Shown here: positions 25,451-37,659 of the stretch, piece after piece | How the letters are laid out: the number at the start of each line of letters is the position of its first letter | How positions within the stretch are numbered: position 1 is the first letter of the stretch | NCBI RefSeq assembly: GCF_964194155.1 | Contig: NC_135901.1 | Location: 4,278,001 to 4,342,000, forward strand | Reading direction: 5' to 3' | DNA from: Cetorhinus maximus | Lineage: Eukaryota | Length of the DNA: 64,000 bases | Made by a program: the position numbers and the translations under genes | Notes under the pieces: generated by a model | Databases searched by the model: none | Told to the model about the DNA's origin: nothing | What the model saw: only the letters and a program-made list of their open reading frames with translations

Positions 25451-26179
25451 GAAACACAAAATAGAGAACGAAAACAATTTTCTGATACCCAATTGTGAAC
25501 AAATAAAAAGGAAAATCACACGCAAATCCTAGTAAATGGGTGCTTTGCCATGTTCCATTTCTCGAAGTGATTTAAACATATCTCAAGCCAGCTTAAACGT
25601 GTTAAGGGCAAGTCATGTTCAACTAACTTGCTGTAAATTATTCACAAATGCCCATTCCCCTTCCTTCTGTTGTATAATGGAAGTTCCGTGCATTGGTGTT
25701 TCTTTATCATTTGGTTCTGATCTTTATTGATTGGTCTATGGTCAAAGTTTCAATCCCATAACCACAAAGTAATCATAAAAAAAAATATTTTTCACTCACA
25801 ATTACCCAGCACCCCAGCAGCTGGGATTCTGCATTGCGACTGGAGGAGCTCCTGCTCATAGATTCTGCTTCCAACAAATGTTGTTCTTATAGTGGCTGTC
25901 CCTGTGATTGCGGGCTTTTCTGGGGTGAAATTGCCCGTTGCCCCCGTGTAGTTGGAACCCTGGTTCTGAAATACTGTCCGTATGATTTTAAGGTTTCCTG
26001 GAATAATGCACCGATGGAAATCTGCAATAATCCATGGTCCCATCTGAGTTGCAGATTTTAATGTGATTGTCCAATCTAGAAAAAATATCATTTCACCCCT
26101 TTAAACCTGATTCAGCTGATCCCCTCCACACATGCTACAAAAGATTATTTTTGAGATCAGCTGTTCCTTTTCGTCTGGA

Positions 26180-26285
26180 AGAAAAACAAAAAATGCTGGA
26201 AAAATTCAGCAGGTCTGATAGCATCTGTGGAAAGAAAGACAGAGTTAACGTTTTGAGTCCGTATGACTCTTCTTCAGAGTCTGTG
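26180..26285 (-). mobile_element. Penelope-like pLTR fragment with hammerhead motif
   Basis: Minus strand acagactCTGAAGAagagtcatacggactcAAAACgttaactctgt. Confidence 0.65.
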
Positions 26286-26299
26286 TTATTTTGAATTAT

Positions 26300-26316
26300 G
26301 ACATTCTCCTGAACCT
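26300..26316 (+). repeat. Left target-site duplication of the Tx1 array
   Basis: GACATTCTCCTGAACCT is identical to 37715-37731 (19 bp if one mismatch is allowed) and abuts the poly(A) tail. Confidence 0.92.
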
Positions 26317-26552
26317 TTTTTTATTTTTTTGCAAAAATATACTTTATTCATAAAATATCTTCAATCACATTCCAAACCATTTCAAAAACACCATTTCGAG
26401 GGTACAATCAGGTTCAACTTTTACAAAATGTATCACCAGGTGCATCAGTATAAACAATATTACAGTCATTTACAGCCTTTCATTTTGAGCTGTACAGCCC
26501 GAGGGGCTTTTAAACAGTTCCCAGTCCCTCGGTGCACTGTGGCAGAAAGGTC

Positions 26553-29500
26553 TTAGATAGCGACCCTTCCCCATTGCGCCTTTGCGGCAGCTGCCCCAAG
26601 CTTCAGTGCGTCCCTCAGCACGTAATCCTGGACTTGGATTGTGCCAGTCCGCAACACTCGGTCGGGGACAACTCTTTGTGCTGGAAGACCAACAAGTTTC
26701 GGGCAGACCAAAGCGCGTCTTTCACCGAGTTGATGATCCTCCAGCTGCAGTTGATGTTTGTCTCGGTGTGTGTCCCTGGGAACAGCCCGTAGAGCACAGA
26801 GTCCTGTGTCACAGAACTGCTCGGGATGAACCTCGACAGCAACCACTGCATCTCTCTCCAGACCTTCTTTGCAAAGACACAATCCACAAGGAGGTGAACA
26901 ACGGTCTCTTCCCCACCACAGCCACCTCAAGGGCAACGTGCAGAGGGGGTGAGACTCCTGGCGTGTAGGAAGGATCTAACGGGAAGGGCCTTTCTCACCA
27001 CCAGCCAAGCCACGTCTTGGTGCTTGTTGGAAAGTTCTAGCGATGAGGCATTCTGCCAAATGACTTTGAGTATGCTCGGGGAACCATCCCACAGGATCCA
27101 CCCTCTCCTTTTCCCTCAGGACCTCTAAGACTTTACGTGCTGACCACTGCCTGATGGACTTGTGGTCAAAGGTGTTTTTCTGCATAAATTTTTCCACGAG
27201 GGACAGGTGGTACGGCACGGTCCAACTACTTGGAGCATTCCGCGGCAGCGTGGCCAGACCCATCCTTCGCAACACCGGGGACAGGTAGAACCTCAGCACG
27301 TAGTGACACTTGGTGTTTGCGTACTGAGGGTCTACGCACCGCTTGATGCAGCCACACACAAAGGTGGCCATCAGTATGAGGGCGATGTTGGGCACGTTTT
27401 TTCCCCCTTTATCTAGAGGCTTGTACATCGCGTCCCTGCGGACACGATCCATTTTCGACCTCCAGATAAAGCGGAAGATGGCTCGAGTGATCGCCATCGC
27501 GCAGGAGTGTGGAATGGGCCAGACCTGCGCCACGTACAGCAACAGCGAGAGTGCCTCACACCTGATGACCAGGTTCTTACCCGCAATGGAGAGGGAGCAT
27601 CGCTCCCACATGCCCAGTTTCCTTTTCACCATAGCCACTCGCTCCTTCCAGTTTCTAACGTATGCCCTGGTCCCTCCGAACCATATCCCCAGCACCTTCA
27701 GGCCATCAGCCCTGACAGTGAAGGGGACAAAGGATCGGTCAGCCCAGTTCCCAAAGAACATGGCCTCGCTCTTCCCACGATTTACCTTGGCTCCCGAGGC
27801 CAGTTCGAACTGGTCGCAGATGTGGATCAGTCTGCGCACCGACAGCGGATCCGAGCAGAAGACGGCGACATCGTCCACGTACAGGGAGGCTTTTACCTGA
27901 GTGCCTCCACTGCCTGGGATCGTCACTCCTCTTATGCCCGGATCCTTCCTGATGGACTCGGCAAAGGGTTCTATGCAACACATGAAAAAAACAGGCAAGA
28001 GAGGACAGCCCTGCCTGACTCCAGATTTAATCGGAAAGCTATCTGTTTCCCACCCATTGATTGAGACTGCGCTACTGATGTTAGTGTAGAGCAGTTGGAT
28101 CCAATTTCGAATTCCCTCCCCAAACCCCATTTTGGAGAGCACATCCACCATGTAGGTGTGCGATATTCTGTCAAAGGCCTTCTCCTGATCCAAGCTGATG
28201 AGGCAGGTATCCACACCCCTGTCCTGTACATAGACAATCGTATCCCTGAGCAGCGCGAGGCTGTCAGAGATCTTCCTGCCTGGCACAGTGCAGGTCTGGT
28301 CAGGGTGAATCACCAATTCCAGAACGGATTTGACCCGATTGGCGATGACCTTGGACAGAATCTTATAGTCCACATTCAACAGTGCAATGGGTCGCCAATT
28401 TCTAATTTCCTCCCTTCCCCCCTTGTGCTTGTAGATGAGGGTGATGATGCCTTTCCTCATTGATTCTGACATGCTGCCAGCCAGTAGCATACTCTCGTAC
28501 ACTTCTAGCAGGTCTGGGCCGATCAAGTCCCACAGCGCCGAATACAACTCCGCCGGCAAGCCATCGCTTCCGGGAGTTTTACTCTTCTCGAAGGACTCAA
28601 GGGCCTTAGTCAGTTCATCAGGAGTTAGCGATTTGTCCAGGCTCTCCCGCGTACTGTCGTCTAAGACCTCCGTGATAGAGGACAGGAAGGACTGGGAGGC
28701 CGTGCTGTCCGTGGGCTTCACGTCATACAATCCGGCATAAAAGGATTTGCTGATCCTCAAAATGTCAGACTGTGATGACTTTACTGAGCCGTCTTCTTCC
28801 TTCAGGCTGCTGATCACAGAGCTCTCTCTGTGTACCTTTTGGAAGAAGAAACGTGAGCACGTCTCATAATGCTCCACGGAGCGGACTCTGGAACGGAAGA
28901 TGATCTTGGAGGCCTCCGAGGCAAAGTGCGAGGCTTGCTGGCTCTTCACCTCTTGGAGTTCCTCCTTGACATCGACGCCCATCGACTGCAGTCGGAGCAG
29001 ATTCTGAATGTTTTTCTGGAGTCGAGACATTTCCCTCTGTTCCTTTCTAGCTTTCTGGGTGCCTTTGAGGATGAAAAACCTCTTGATGTTTCCCTTGATC
29101 GCTTCCCACCAGTGTGTCAGGGACTCAAAGAGGGGTTTCACGGTTCTCCAACCTTTGTAATCCCTCTTGAGCTCCTCAATGTTCTCTGGGGTCAGCAGTT
29201 GCACATTTAGCTTCCATGCCCCCCTGCCCACCCTCAGGTCCTTCACTAAGTGGCAGTCCGCCAGTAGGAGGCAGTGGTCAGAGAAAAACACCGGCTTGAC
29301 GTCGGTGGATCTGACTGTGAATGCACGGGACACAAATAGGAAGTCTATCCTGGAACGAATGGACCCGTCTGGCTGCGACCAGGTGTATCTACGCTGCGCT
29401 CCGTCTGCAGGGTTGCTGAAGACGTCGTGCAACTTGGCATCCTTAACTGTTTCCATCAGGGATCTGGACGTAGCGTCCAATCTGCTGTCGGCCCTGCTGG

Positions 29501-29957
29501 ATCGTCCAGCCGTATCGATGATGCAGTTGAAGTCACCGTCCAGAATGACCAGCCTGGAGGTTGCCAGCAGCAGTGGGAGCTGCTGAAAAACCTCCAGCCG
29601 CTCGGCCCCTTGTGACGGGCCATACACGTTAATTAACCGGAGTGGAGCATTCTTGTATATTACGTCTGCTACGAGGAGGCGCCCGCCCACCACCTCCTTA
29701 ACCTCAGAGACGGTGAAGTTGCCTCCCCGCAGCAGAATACCCATGCCGGAGCAACGAGAGTTGTTTCCGCCCGACCAGATCGATGGCCCATGGGACCACC
29801 ATCGTGACCATTGCCTGTAGGAGCTGAGGTGTGGTATCGCACACTCCTGCAGAAACAAAATGTCAGCTTTGACCTTGGCAAGGTAGTCCAAGGTCGCAAC
29901 ACGTCGCGTAGTCGATTTAATGCTACGCACATTTATGGATACAATCTTTAAACCCAT
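26553..29957 (-). pseudogene. Tx1 ORF2 (APE endonuclease, RT, C-terminal CCHC); open for about 960 codons, C-terminus disrupted
   Basis: SINVR, LQE, GDFN, SRID, FSDH, PGSDG, NWRPI, DQEKAFD, GVRQGCPL, YVDD motifs. A 2-nt deletion near 27070, a TGA near 26928 and a 1-nt deletion near 26635. Confidence 0.9.
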
Positions 29958-29967
29958 TTTAAAGCAT

Positions 29968-31506
29968 TTATTCTCTTACCAAACCTGTTGTCTCTGAGAG
30001 TCCCAGAGCTTTAGTCTGCTCCTTCATACCCGTAGTGAACTCAAATTGCTTCACTTTGGATGGGCTGAGGAAATTTTCCTGAACCTCCCCATTGGCGGTG
30101 TTCTGCTCGGGTGGCATCTGGGGGACTGAGCAGAGAGTGGGGTTTGAAATGACCTTTGTTGGAGAAGCTTCTCCAATCCTCTCACCCTCTGGGACGTTCC
30201 TGCTCCCGGCTTCCCGGAGCTGGGGTGCGCTGAGCGTCTCACTGCTCCCAGATTCCTGGGGCTGTGGTGCGCTGGCCTCTTCGGGTTGTAGGCAAAGTTG
30301 GGGTGCGCTGGTCTCCTCATTGTCTCCAATGTTCTGAAGCTCGGGTGCCTCGTCCTCCAACTCCCGAGAGCTTTGCCACTTCTTCTGTCGGTGCCGCCTT
30401 GGCCCTTCTTCATCCGAAGAGCTGCTGCCCTTGTCATCCATTTCAAATGGGAGATGCCTCTTGCCACTTGTCTGGGAAATGGCTTGGTTTCTTCTTAGCC
30501 CCTTCTTCCTTTTGGCTCTCTTCACCGTCTGCCACTCCCCCTGCTGCTTTGCCACTGCTGCCTCCTCCCCCTCCATTGATTCGCTGTCCTGAGGACTGGG
30601 AGGTTCAGGGGGCAGTGCTGTTGATTGGCTGTCAGTTGCCTCAATCTTTTCCTCCACCTTATCTCTCTCTGTGTCCTCCTTTGTCCCATTGTTCTTCCTG
30701 GGGGCCTTGGTGGTTGGAGTGACACGAAGCATTTCTTCTGCTTCCCTCTCATTGGCTTTGGCTGCCTGTACATAAGTACGGCAGCGTTTGGGGCAGGTCC
30801 TGTAGAGGTGACCTGCCTCGACACACAGGTTGCAGCACTTAGCCTGTTTGCAGTCTTTTGTCTGGTGCCCTTCCTGTTTGCAGTTCTTGCAGAGGACGGC
30901 ACTGCAGTTGGCTGCCACATGACCAGACTTGCCGCATGAGCGACAAAGTTTGGGTTGCCCAGCGTAGACGAGGTAACCACAGCTTCCCCCGATAGCGAAT
31001 CTGGAAGGAGGGTTGAAGGTGGCTCCCTTACCGTCGGTTTTGAGCGTGACCTTAATCTGGCGTTTGCATATCCAGATCCCCAAATCGTCTCTAACCGCGG
31101 TGCAGCTCCCCACCTTATCGAAGTACCTGGTGAGGAAGGTGAGCACGTCGGCGACAGGGACGAAGGGGTCATAAAGATGCACATTCACCACCCTGTCCCG
31201 TTGCGACAGCAGAGCAAAGAGCGGCTCCGCTGTCAGGATCTTCATCTCCGGCAGGTCTCTCTTCTTGAACACCTTCAGGAGCTTGACGCAGTCTGCCACT
31301 CGCTTGAACGTCACATCAAAATATCCAGCGCTGGGGAAGTCCTGCAGGCAGTAGATTTCCGCAGCTTCGAAACCACACACCTTTAACAGGATCCTCCTGG
31401 CGAAGACTGCCCGATCCACAGGTGCTCCTCCTTCTTCGCTGCCCTTCACCATGACTTGGATGGTGTTAGGTACCCCATGGTATGGGGCTTGATTGGTTAT
31501 AGCCAT
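29968..31506 (-). CDS. Tx1 ORF1 (ZCCHC3-like N-terminal domain, three CCHC zinc knuckles, disordered C-terminus)
   Basis: 512-aa open frame with CRSCGKSGHVAANC, CKNCKQEGHQTKDC and CNLCVEAGHLYRTC; ends 10 nt before the ORF2 ATG. Confidence 0.9.
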   Translation of the reverse strand: MAITNQAPYHGVPNTIQVMVKGSEEGGAPVDRAVFARRILLKVCGFEAAEIYCLQDFPSAGYFDVTFKRVADCVKLLKVFKKRDLPEMKILTAEPLFALLSQRDRVVNVHLYDPFVPVADVLTFLTRYFDKVGSCTAVRDDLGIWICKRQIKVTLKTDGKGATFNPPSRFAIGGSCGYLVYAGQPKLCRSCGKSGHVAANCSAVLCKNCKQEGHQTKDCKQAKCCNLCVEAGHLYRTCPKRCRTYVQAAKANEREAEEMLRVTPTTKAPRKNNGTKEDTERDKVEEKIEATDSQSTALPPEPPSPQDSESMEGEEAAVAKQQGEWQTVKRAKRKKGLRRNQAISQTSGKRHLPFEMDDKGSSSSDEEGPRRHRQKKWQSSRELEDEAPELQNIGDNEETSAPQLCLQPEEASAPQPQESGSSETLSAPQLREAGSRNVPEGERIGEASPTKVISNPTLCSVPQMPPEQNTANGEVQENFLSPSKVKQFEFTTGMKEQTKALGLSETTGLVRE

Positions 31507-31515
31507 TGCTTGACG

Positions 31516-31568
31516 ACCTTTCCCTGGCAGAAACCGTGATCAGGGTCTCTCCCCTGCCAGGTAAGTAT
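31516..31568 (-). ncRNA. U1 snRNA-derived 5' head of unit C (fragment, not a U1 gene)
   Basis: ATACTTACCTGGCAGGGGAGAGACCCTGATCACG matches 32 of the first 34 nt of human U1 as recalled; weaker similarity continues (GTTTCTGCCAGGGAAAGG). Confidence 0.9.
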
Positions 31569-31569
31569 C

Positions 31570-32489
31570 TTTATAGTCTTTGTCTTTTTTTTTGCAAAAA
31601 TATACTTTATTCATAAAATATCTTCAACCACATTCCAAACCATTTCAAAAACACCATTACCAGGGTACAATCAGGTTCAACTTTTACGAAATGTATCACC
31701 AGGTGCATCAGTACAAACAATGTTTCAATCATTTACAGCCTTTCATTTTGAGCTGTACAGCTCGAGGGGGTTTTAAACAGTTCCCAGCCCCTCGGTGCAC
31801 TGTGGCAGAAAGGTCTTAGACAGTGACCCTTCCCCATTGTGCCTTTGCGGCAGCTGCCCCAAGCTTTAGTGCGTCCCTCAGCACGTAGTCCTGGATTTTG
31901 GATTGTGCCAGTCCGCAACACTCGGTCGGGGACAACTCTTTGTGCTGGAAGACCAACAAGTTTCGGGCAGACCAAAGCACGTCTTTCACCGAGTTGATGA
32001 TCCTCCAGCTGCAGTTGATGTTTGTCTCGGTGTGCGTCCCTGGGAACAGCCTGTAGAGCACAGAGTCCTGTGTCACAGAACTGCTCGGGGTGAACCTCGA
32101 CAGAAACCACTGCATCTCTCTCCAGACCTTCTTTGCAAAGGCACAATCCACCAAGAGGTGAACAACAGTCTCCTCCCCACTACAGCCACCTCGAGGGCAA
32201 CGTGCAGAGGGGGTGAGACTCCTGGCGTGTAGGAAGGATCTGACGGGGAGGGCCTTTTTCACCACTAGCCAAGATACGTCTTGGTGCTTGTTGGAAAGTT
32301 CTAGCGATGAGGCATTCTGCCAAATGACTTTGACAGTCTGCTCGGGGAACCATCTCCTGACGTGTAGGAAGGATCTGACGGGGAGGGCCTTTCTCACCAC
32401 CAGCCAAGCCACGTCTTGGTGCTTGTTGGAAATTTCTGGCGATGATGCATTCTGCCAAATGACTTTGACAGTCTGCTCGGGGAACCATC
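31570..32489 (-). mobile_element. 5'-truncated Tx1 unit B with an internal 135-bp tandem duplication
   Basis: ORF2 C-terminus plus 3' UTR and A tail. 32220-32354 and 32355-32489 both encode the 45-aa WFPEQTVK...RSFLH segment. Confidence 0.9.
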
Positions 32490-32726
32490 TTTGTCTTTTT
32501 TTTTGCAAAAATATACTTTATTCATAAAATATCTTCAATCACATTCCAAACCATTTCAAAAACACCATTACAAGGGTACAATCCAGGTTAAACTTTTACA
32601 AAATGTATCACCAGGTGCATCAGTACAAACAATATTACAATCATTTCCAGCCTTTCATTTTGAGCTGTACAGCCCGAGGGGCTCTAAACAGTTCCCAGTC
32701 TCTCGGTGCGCTGTGGCAGAAAGGTC

Positions 32727-35700
32727 TTAGACAGCGACCCTTCCCCATTGCGCCTTTGCGGCAGCTGCCCCAAGCTTTAGTGCGTCCCTCAGCACATAGT
32801 CCTGGACTTTGGTTTGTGCCAGTCCGCAACAATCGGTCGGGGACAACTCTTTGTGCTGGAAGACCAACAAGTTTCGGGCAGACCAAAGCGCGTCTTTCAC
32901 CGAGTTGATGATCCTCCAGCTGCAGTTGATGTTTGTCTCGGTGTGTGTCCCTGGGAACAGCCCGTAGAGCACAGAGTCCTGTGTCACAGAACTGCTCGGG
33001 ATGAACCTCGACAGCAACCACTGCATCTCTCTCCAGACTTTCTTTGCAAAGGCACAATCCACAAGGAGGTGAACAACGGTCTCTTCCCCACCACAGCCAC
33101 CTCGAGGGCAATGTGCAGAGGGGGTGAGACTCCTGGCGTGTAGGAAGGATCTGACGGGGAGGGCCTTTCTCACCACCAGCCAAGTGGTGCTTGGTGCTTG
33201 TTGGAAAGTTCTGGCGATGAAGCATTCTGCCAAATGACTTTGACAGTCTGCTCGGGGAACCATCCCACAGGGTCCACCCTCTCCTTTTCCCTCAGGGCCT
33301 CTAAGACTTTACGTGCTGACCACTGCCTGATGGACTTGTGGTCAAAGGTGTTTTTCTGCATAAATTTTTCCACGAGGGACAGGTGGTACAGCACGGTCCA
33401 ACTACTTGGAGCATTCCGCGGCAGCGTGGCCAGACCCATCCTTCGCAACACCGGGGACAGGTAGAACCTCAGCACGTAGTGACACTTGGTGTTTGCGTAC
33501 TGAGGGTCTACGCACCGCTTGATGCAGCCACACACAAAGGTGGCCATCAGTATGAGGGCGATGTTGGGCACGTTTTTTCCCCCTTTATCTAGAGGCTTGT
33601 ACATCGCGTCCCTGCGGACACGATCCATTTTCGACCTCCAGATAAAGCGGAAGATGGCTCGAGTGATCGCCATCGCGCAGGAGTGTGGAATGGGCCAGAC
33701 CTGCGCCACGTACAGCAACAGCGAGAGTGCCTCACACCTGATGACCAGGTTCTTACCCGCAATGGAGAAGGAGCATCGCTCCCACATGCCCAGTTTCCTT
33801 TTCACCATAGCCACTCGCTCCTTCCAGTTTCTAACGTATGCCCTGGTCCCTCCGAACCATATCCCCAGCACCTTCAGGCCATCAGCCCTGACAGTGAAGG
33901 GGACAAAGGATCGGTCAGCCCAGTTCCCAAAGAACATGGCCTCGCTCTTCCCACGATTTACCTTGGCTCCCGAGGCCAGTTCGAACTGGTCGCAGATGTG
34001 GATCAGTCTGCGCACCGACAGCGGATCCGAGCAGAAGACGGCGACATCGTCCACGTACAGGGAGGCTTTTACCTGAGTGCCTCCACTGCCTGGGATCGTC
34101 ACTCCTCTTATGCCCGGATCCTTCCTGATGGACTCGGCAAAGGGTTCTATGCAACACATGAAAAAAACAGGCAAGAGAGGACAGCCCTGCCTGACTCCAG
34201 ATTTAATCGGAAAGCTATCTGTTTCCCACCCATTGATTGAGACTGCGCTACTGATGTTAGTGTAGAGCAGTTGGATCCAATTTCGAATTCCCTCCCCAAA
34301 CCCCATTTTGGAGAGCACATCCACCATGTAGGTGTGCGATATTCTGTCAAAGGCCTTCTCCTGATCCAAGCTGATGAGGCAGGTATCCACACCCCTGTCC
34401 TGTACATAGACAATCGTATCCCTGAGCAGCGCGAGGCTGTCAGAGATCTTCCTGCCTGGCACAGTGCAGGTCTGGTCAGGGTGAATCACCAATTCCAGAA
34501 CGGATTTGACCCGATTGGCGATGACCTTGGACAGAATCTTATAGTCCACATTCAACAGTGCAATGGGTCGCCAATTTCTAATTTCCTCCCTTCCCCCCTT
34601 GTGCTTGTAGATGAGGGTGATGATGCCTTTCCTCATTGATTCTGACATGCTGCCAGCCAGTAGCATACTCTCGTACACTTCTAGCAGGTCTGGGCCGATC
34701 AAGTCCCACAGCGCCGAATACAACTCCGCCGGCAAGCCATCGCTTCCGGGAGTTTTACTCTTCTCGAAGGACTCAAGGGCCTTAGTCAGTTCATCAGGAG
34801 TTAGCGATTTGTCCAGGCTCTCCCGCGTACTGTCGTCTAAGACCTCCGTGATAGAGGACAGGAAGGACTGGGAGGCCGTGCTGTCCGTGGGCTTCACGTC
34901 ATACAATCCGGCATAAAAGGATTTGCTGATCCTCAAAATGTCAGACTGTGATGACTTTACTGAGCCGTCTTCTTCCTTCAGGCTGCTGATCACAGAGCTC
35001 TCTCTGTGTACCTTTTGGAAGAAGAAACGTGAGCACGTCTCATAATGCTCCACGGAGCGGACTCTGGAACGGAAGATGATCTTGGAGGCCTCCGAGGCAA
35101 AGTGCGAGGCTTGCTGGCTCTTCACCTCTTGGAGTTCCTCCTTGACATCGACGCCCATCGACTGCAGTCGGAGCAGATTCTGAATGTTTTTCTGGAGTCG
35201 AGACATTTCCCTCTGTTCCTTTCTAGCTTTCTGGGTGCCTTTGAGGATGAAAAACCTCTTGATGTTTCCCTTGATCGCTTCCCACCAGTGTGTCAGGGAC
35301 TCAAAGAGGGGTTTCACGGTTCTCCAACCTTTGTAATCCCTCTTGAGCTCCTCAATGTTCTCTGGGGTCAGCAGTTGCACATTTAGCTTCCATGCCCCCC
35401 TGCCCACCCTCAGGTCCTTCACTAAGTGGCAGTCCGCCAGTAGGAGGCAGTGGTCAGAGAAAAACACCGGCTTGACGTCGGTGGATCTGACTGTGAATGC
35501 ACGGGACACAAATAGGAAGTCTATCCTGGAACGAATGGACCCGTCTGGCTGCGACCAGGTGTATCTACGCTGCGCTCCGTCTGCAGGGTTGCTGAAGATG
35601 TCGTGCAACTTGGCATCCTTAACTGTTTCCATCAGGGATCTGGACGTAGCGTCCAATCTGCTGTCGGCCCTGCTGGATCGTCCAGCCGCATCGATGATGC

Positions 35701-36133
35701 AGTTGAAGTCACCGTCCAGAATGACCAGCCTGGAGGTTGCCAGCAGCAGTGGGAGCTGCTGAAAAACCTCCAGCCGCTCGGCCCCTTGTGACGGGCCATA
35801 CACGTTAATTAACCGGAGTGGAGCATTCTTGTATATTACGTCTGCTACGAGGAGGCGCCCGCCCACCACCTCCTTAACCTCAGAGACGGTGAAGTTGCCT
35901 CCCCGCAGCAGAATACCCAGGCCGGAGGGACGAGAGTCGTTTCCGCCCGACCAGATCGATGGCCCATGGGACCACCATCGTGACCATTGCCCGTAGGAGC
36001 TGAGGTGCGGTATCGCACATTGCTGCAGAAACAACAGGTCAGCTTTGACCTTGGCAAGGTAGTCCAAGGTCGCAACACATCGCGTAGTAGATTTGATGCT
36101 ACGCACATTTATGGATACAATCTTTAAACCCAT
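32727..36133 (-). pseudogene. Tx1 ORF2 of unit A, frameshifted near 33185
   Basis: 987-aa ORF 33170-36133 plus a C-terminal frame 32727-33263; near-identical to unit C ORF2. Confidence 0.9.
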
Positions 36134-36143
36134 TTTAAAGCAT

Positions 36144-37650
36144 TTATTCTCCTACCAAACCCGTTGTCTCTGAGAGTCCCAGACCTTTAGTCTGCTCCTT
36201 CATACCCGCAGTGAGCTCAAATTGCTTCACTTTGGATGGGCTGAGGTAGTTCTCCTTGGCGGTGTTCTGCTCAGGTGCAATCAGGGGGTTCGCGTTGAGA
36301 GCAGGTTTTGAGATGACCTTTGGTGGAGAAGCTTCTCCAAAACTCACCCCCTCTGGGGCATTGCTGTTCCCGGCTTCCCGGAGCTGGGGTGCGATGATTG
36401 CCTCACTGCTCCCAGGTTCCTGGGGCTGTGGTGTACTGGCCTCCTCAGGTTGCAGGCAAAGTTGGGGTGCTCTGGTCTCCTTGTTGTCTCCAATGTTCTG
36501 GATCTCGGGTGTCTCGTCCTCCAACGCCCTGGAGCTTTGCCGCTTCTTCTGTCGGTGCCGCCCTGGCACTTCTTCATCCGAAGAGCTGCTGCCTTTGTCA
36601 TCCATGTCGGATGGGAGACGCCTCTTGCCACTTGTCTGGGAAGTGGCTTTGCTTCTTCTTCGCTCCTTCTTCCTTTTGGCTCTCCTCACCGTCTGCCACT
36701 CCCCCTGCTGCTTTTCCACTGCTGCTTCCTCCTCCATTGATTCGCTGTCCTGAGGAGTGGGAGGTTCAGGGAGTGGTGCTGTTGTTTGGCTATCTGTTGC
36801 CTCAATCTCTTCCTCCACCTTGTCTCTCTCTGTGTCCTCCTTTGTCCCGTTGAGCTCCCTGGGGGCCTTGGTGGTTGGAGTGACATGAAGCATTTCTTCT
36901 GCTTCCCCCTCGTTGGCTTTGGCTGCCTGTGCATAAGTACGGCCTGTAGAGGTGACCTGCCTCGCCACACAGGTTGCAGCACTCAGCCTGTTTGCAGTCT
37001 TTTCTCTGGTGCCCTTCCTGTTTCCAGATCTTGCAGAGGGAGGCGCTGCAGTTGGCCGCCACATGACCAGCCTTGCCGCATGAGCGACAATGCTTGGGTT
37101 GCCCAGCGTAGACCAGGTAGCCACAGTTTCCCCCGATAGCGAATCTGGAAGGAGGGTGGAAAATGGCTCCCTTACCGTCGGTCTTTAGCGTGACCTTAAA
37201 CTGGCGTTTGCCTGTCCAGATCCCCAAGTCGTCTCGAATCTCGGTGCCGCTCCCCACCTTATCGAAGTACCTGGTGAGGAAGGTGACCACGTCAGCGACA
37301 GGGACGAAGGGGTTGTACAGATGCACCATCACCACACAGTCCCGTTGCAACTGCAGAGCAAAGAGCGGCTCCGCCGTCAGGATCTTCATCTCCGGCAGGT
37401 CTCTCTTCTCCTCGAACACCCTCAGGAGCTGGACGCAGTCTGCCACCCGCTTGAACGTCATGTCGAAAAAACCAGCGCTGGGGAAGTCCTGCAGGGTGAA
37501 GATCTCCGGAGCTTCAAAACTGCACGCCTTCAACAGGATCCTCCTGGCGAAGAAGGCCCGATCCATAGGTGATCCTCCTTCGCTGTCCTTCACCGTGACT
37601 CAGACGGTGTTAGATAACCCATGGTATGGGTTTTGATTGGTTATAGCCTT
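36144..37650 (-). pseudogene. Tx1 ORF1 of unit A, disrupted
   Basis: Start ATG changed to AAG (37648-37650), an early TGA near 37600, and a deletion/frameshift near 36943. Split over ORFs 36802-37593 and 36144-37124. Confidence 0.88.
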
Positions 37651-37659
37651 TGCTTCCCG

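Larger units (their letters stand above)
26317..31569 (-). mobile_element. Full-length Tx1-clade non-LTR retrotransposon, unit C (5.25 kb, U1-derived 5' end)
   Basis: U1-like head, ORF1, ORF2 (APE plus RT), 3' UTR with AATAAA and an A-rich tail. Confidence 0.95.

Noticed and set aside
31516-31568. Functional U1 snRNA gene
   Set aside because: Only the first 34-55 nt are present; there are no later stem-loops or Sm site, and the upstream DNA is an element tail.
27162-37636. Many 60-220 aa antisense and alternative-frame ORFs over the Tx1 array
   Set aside because: Shadow ORFs of GC-rich coding sequence, duplicated only because the element is duplicated.
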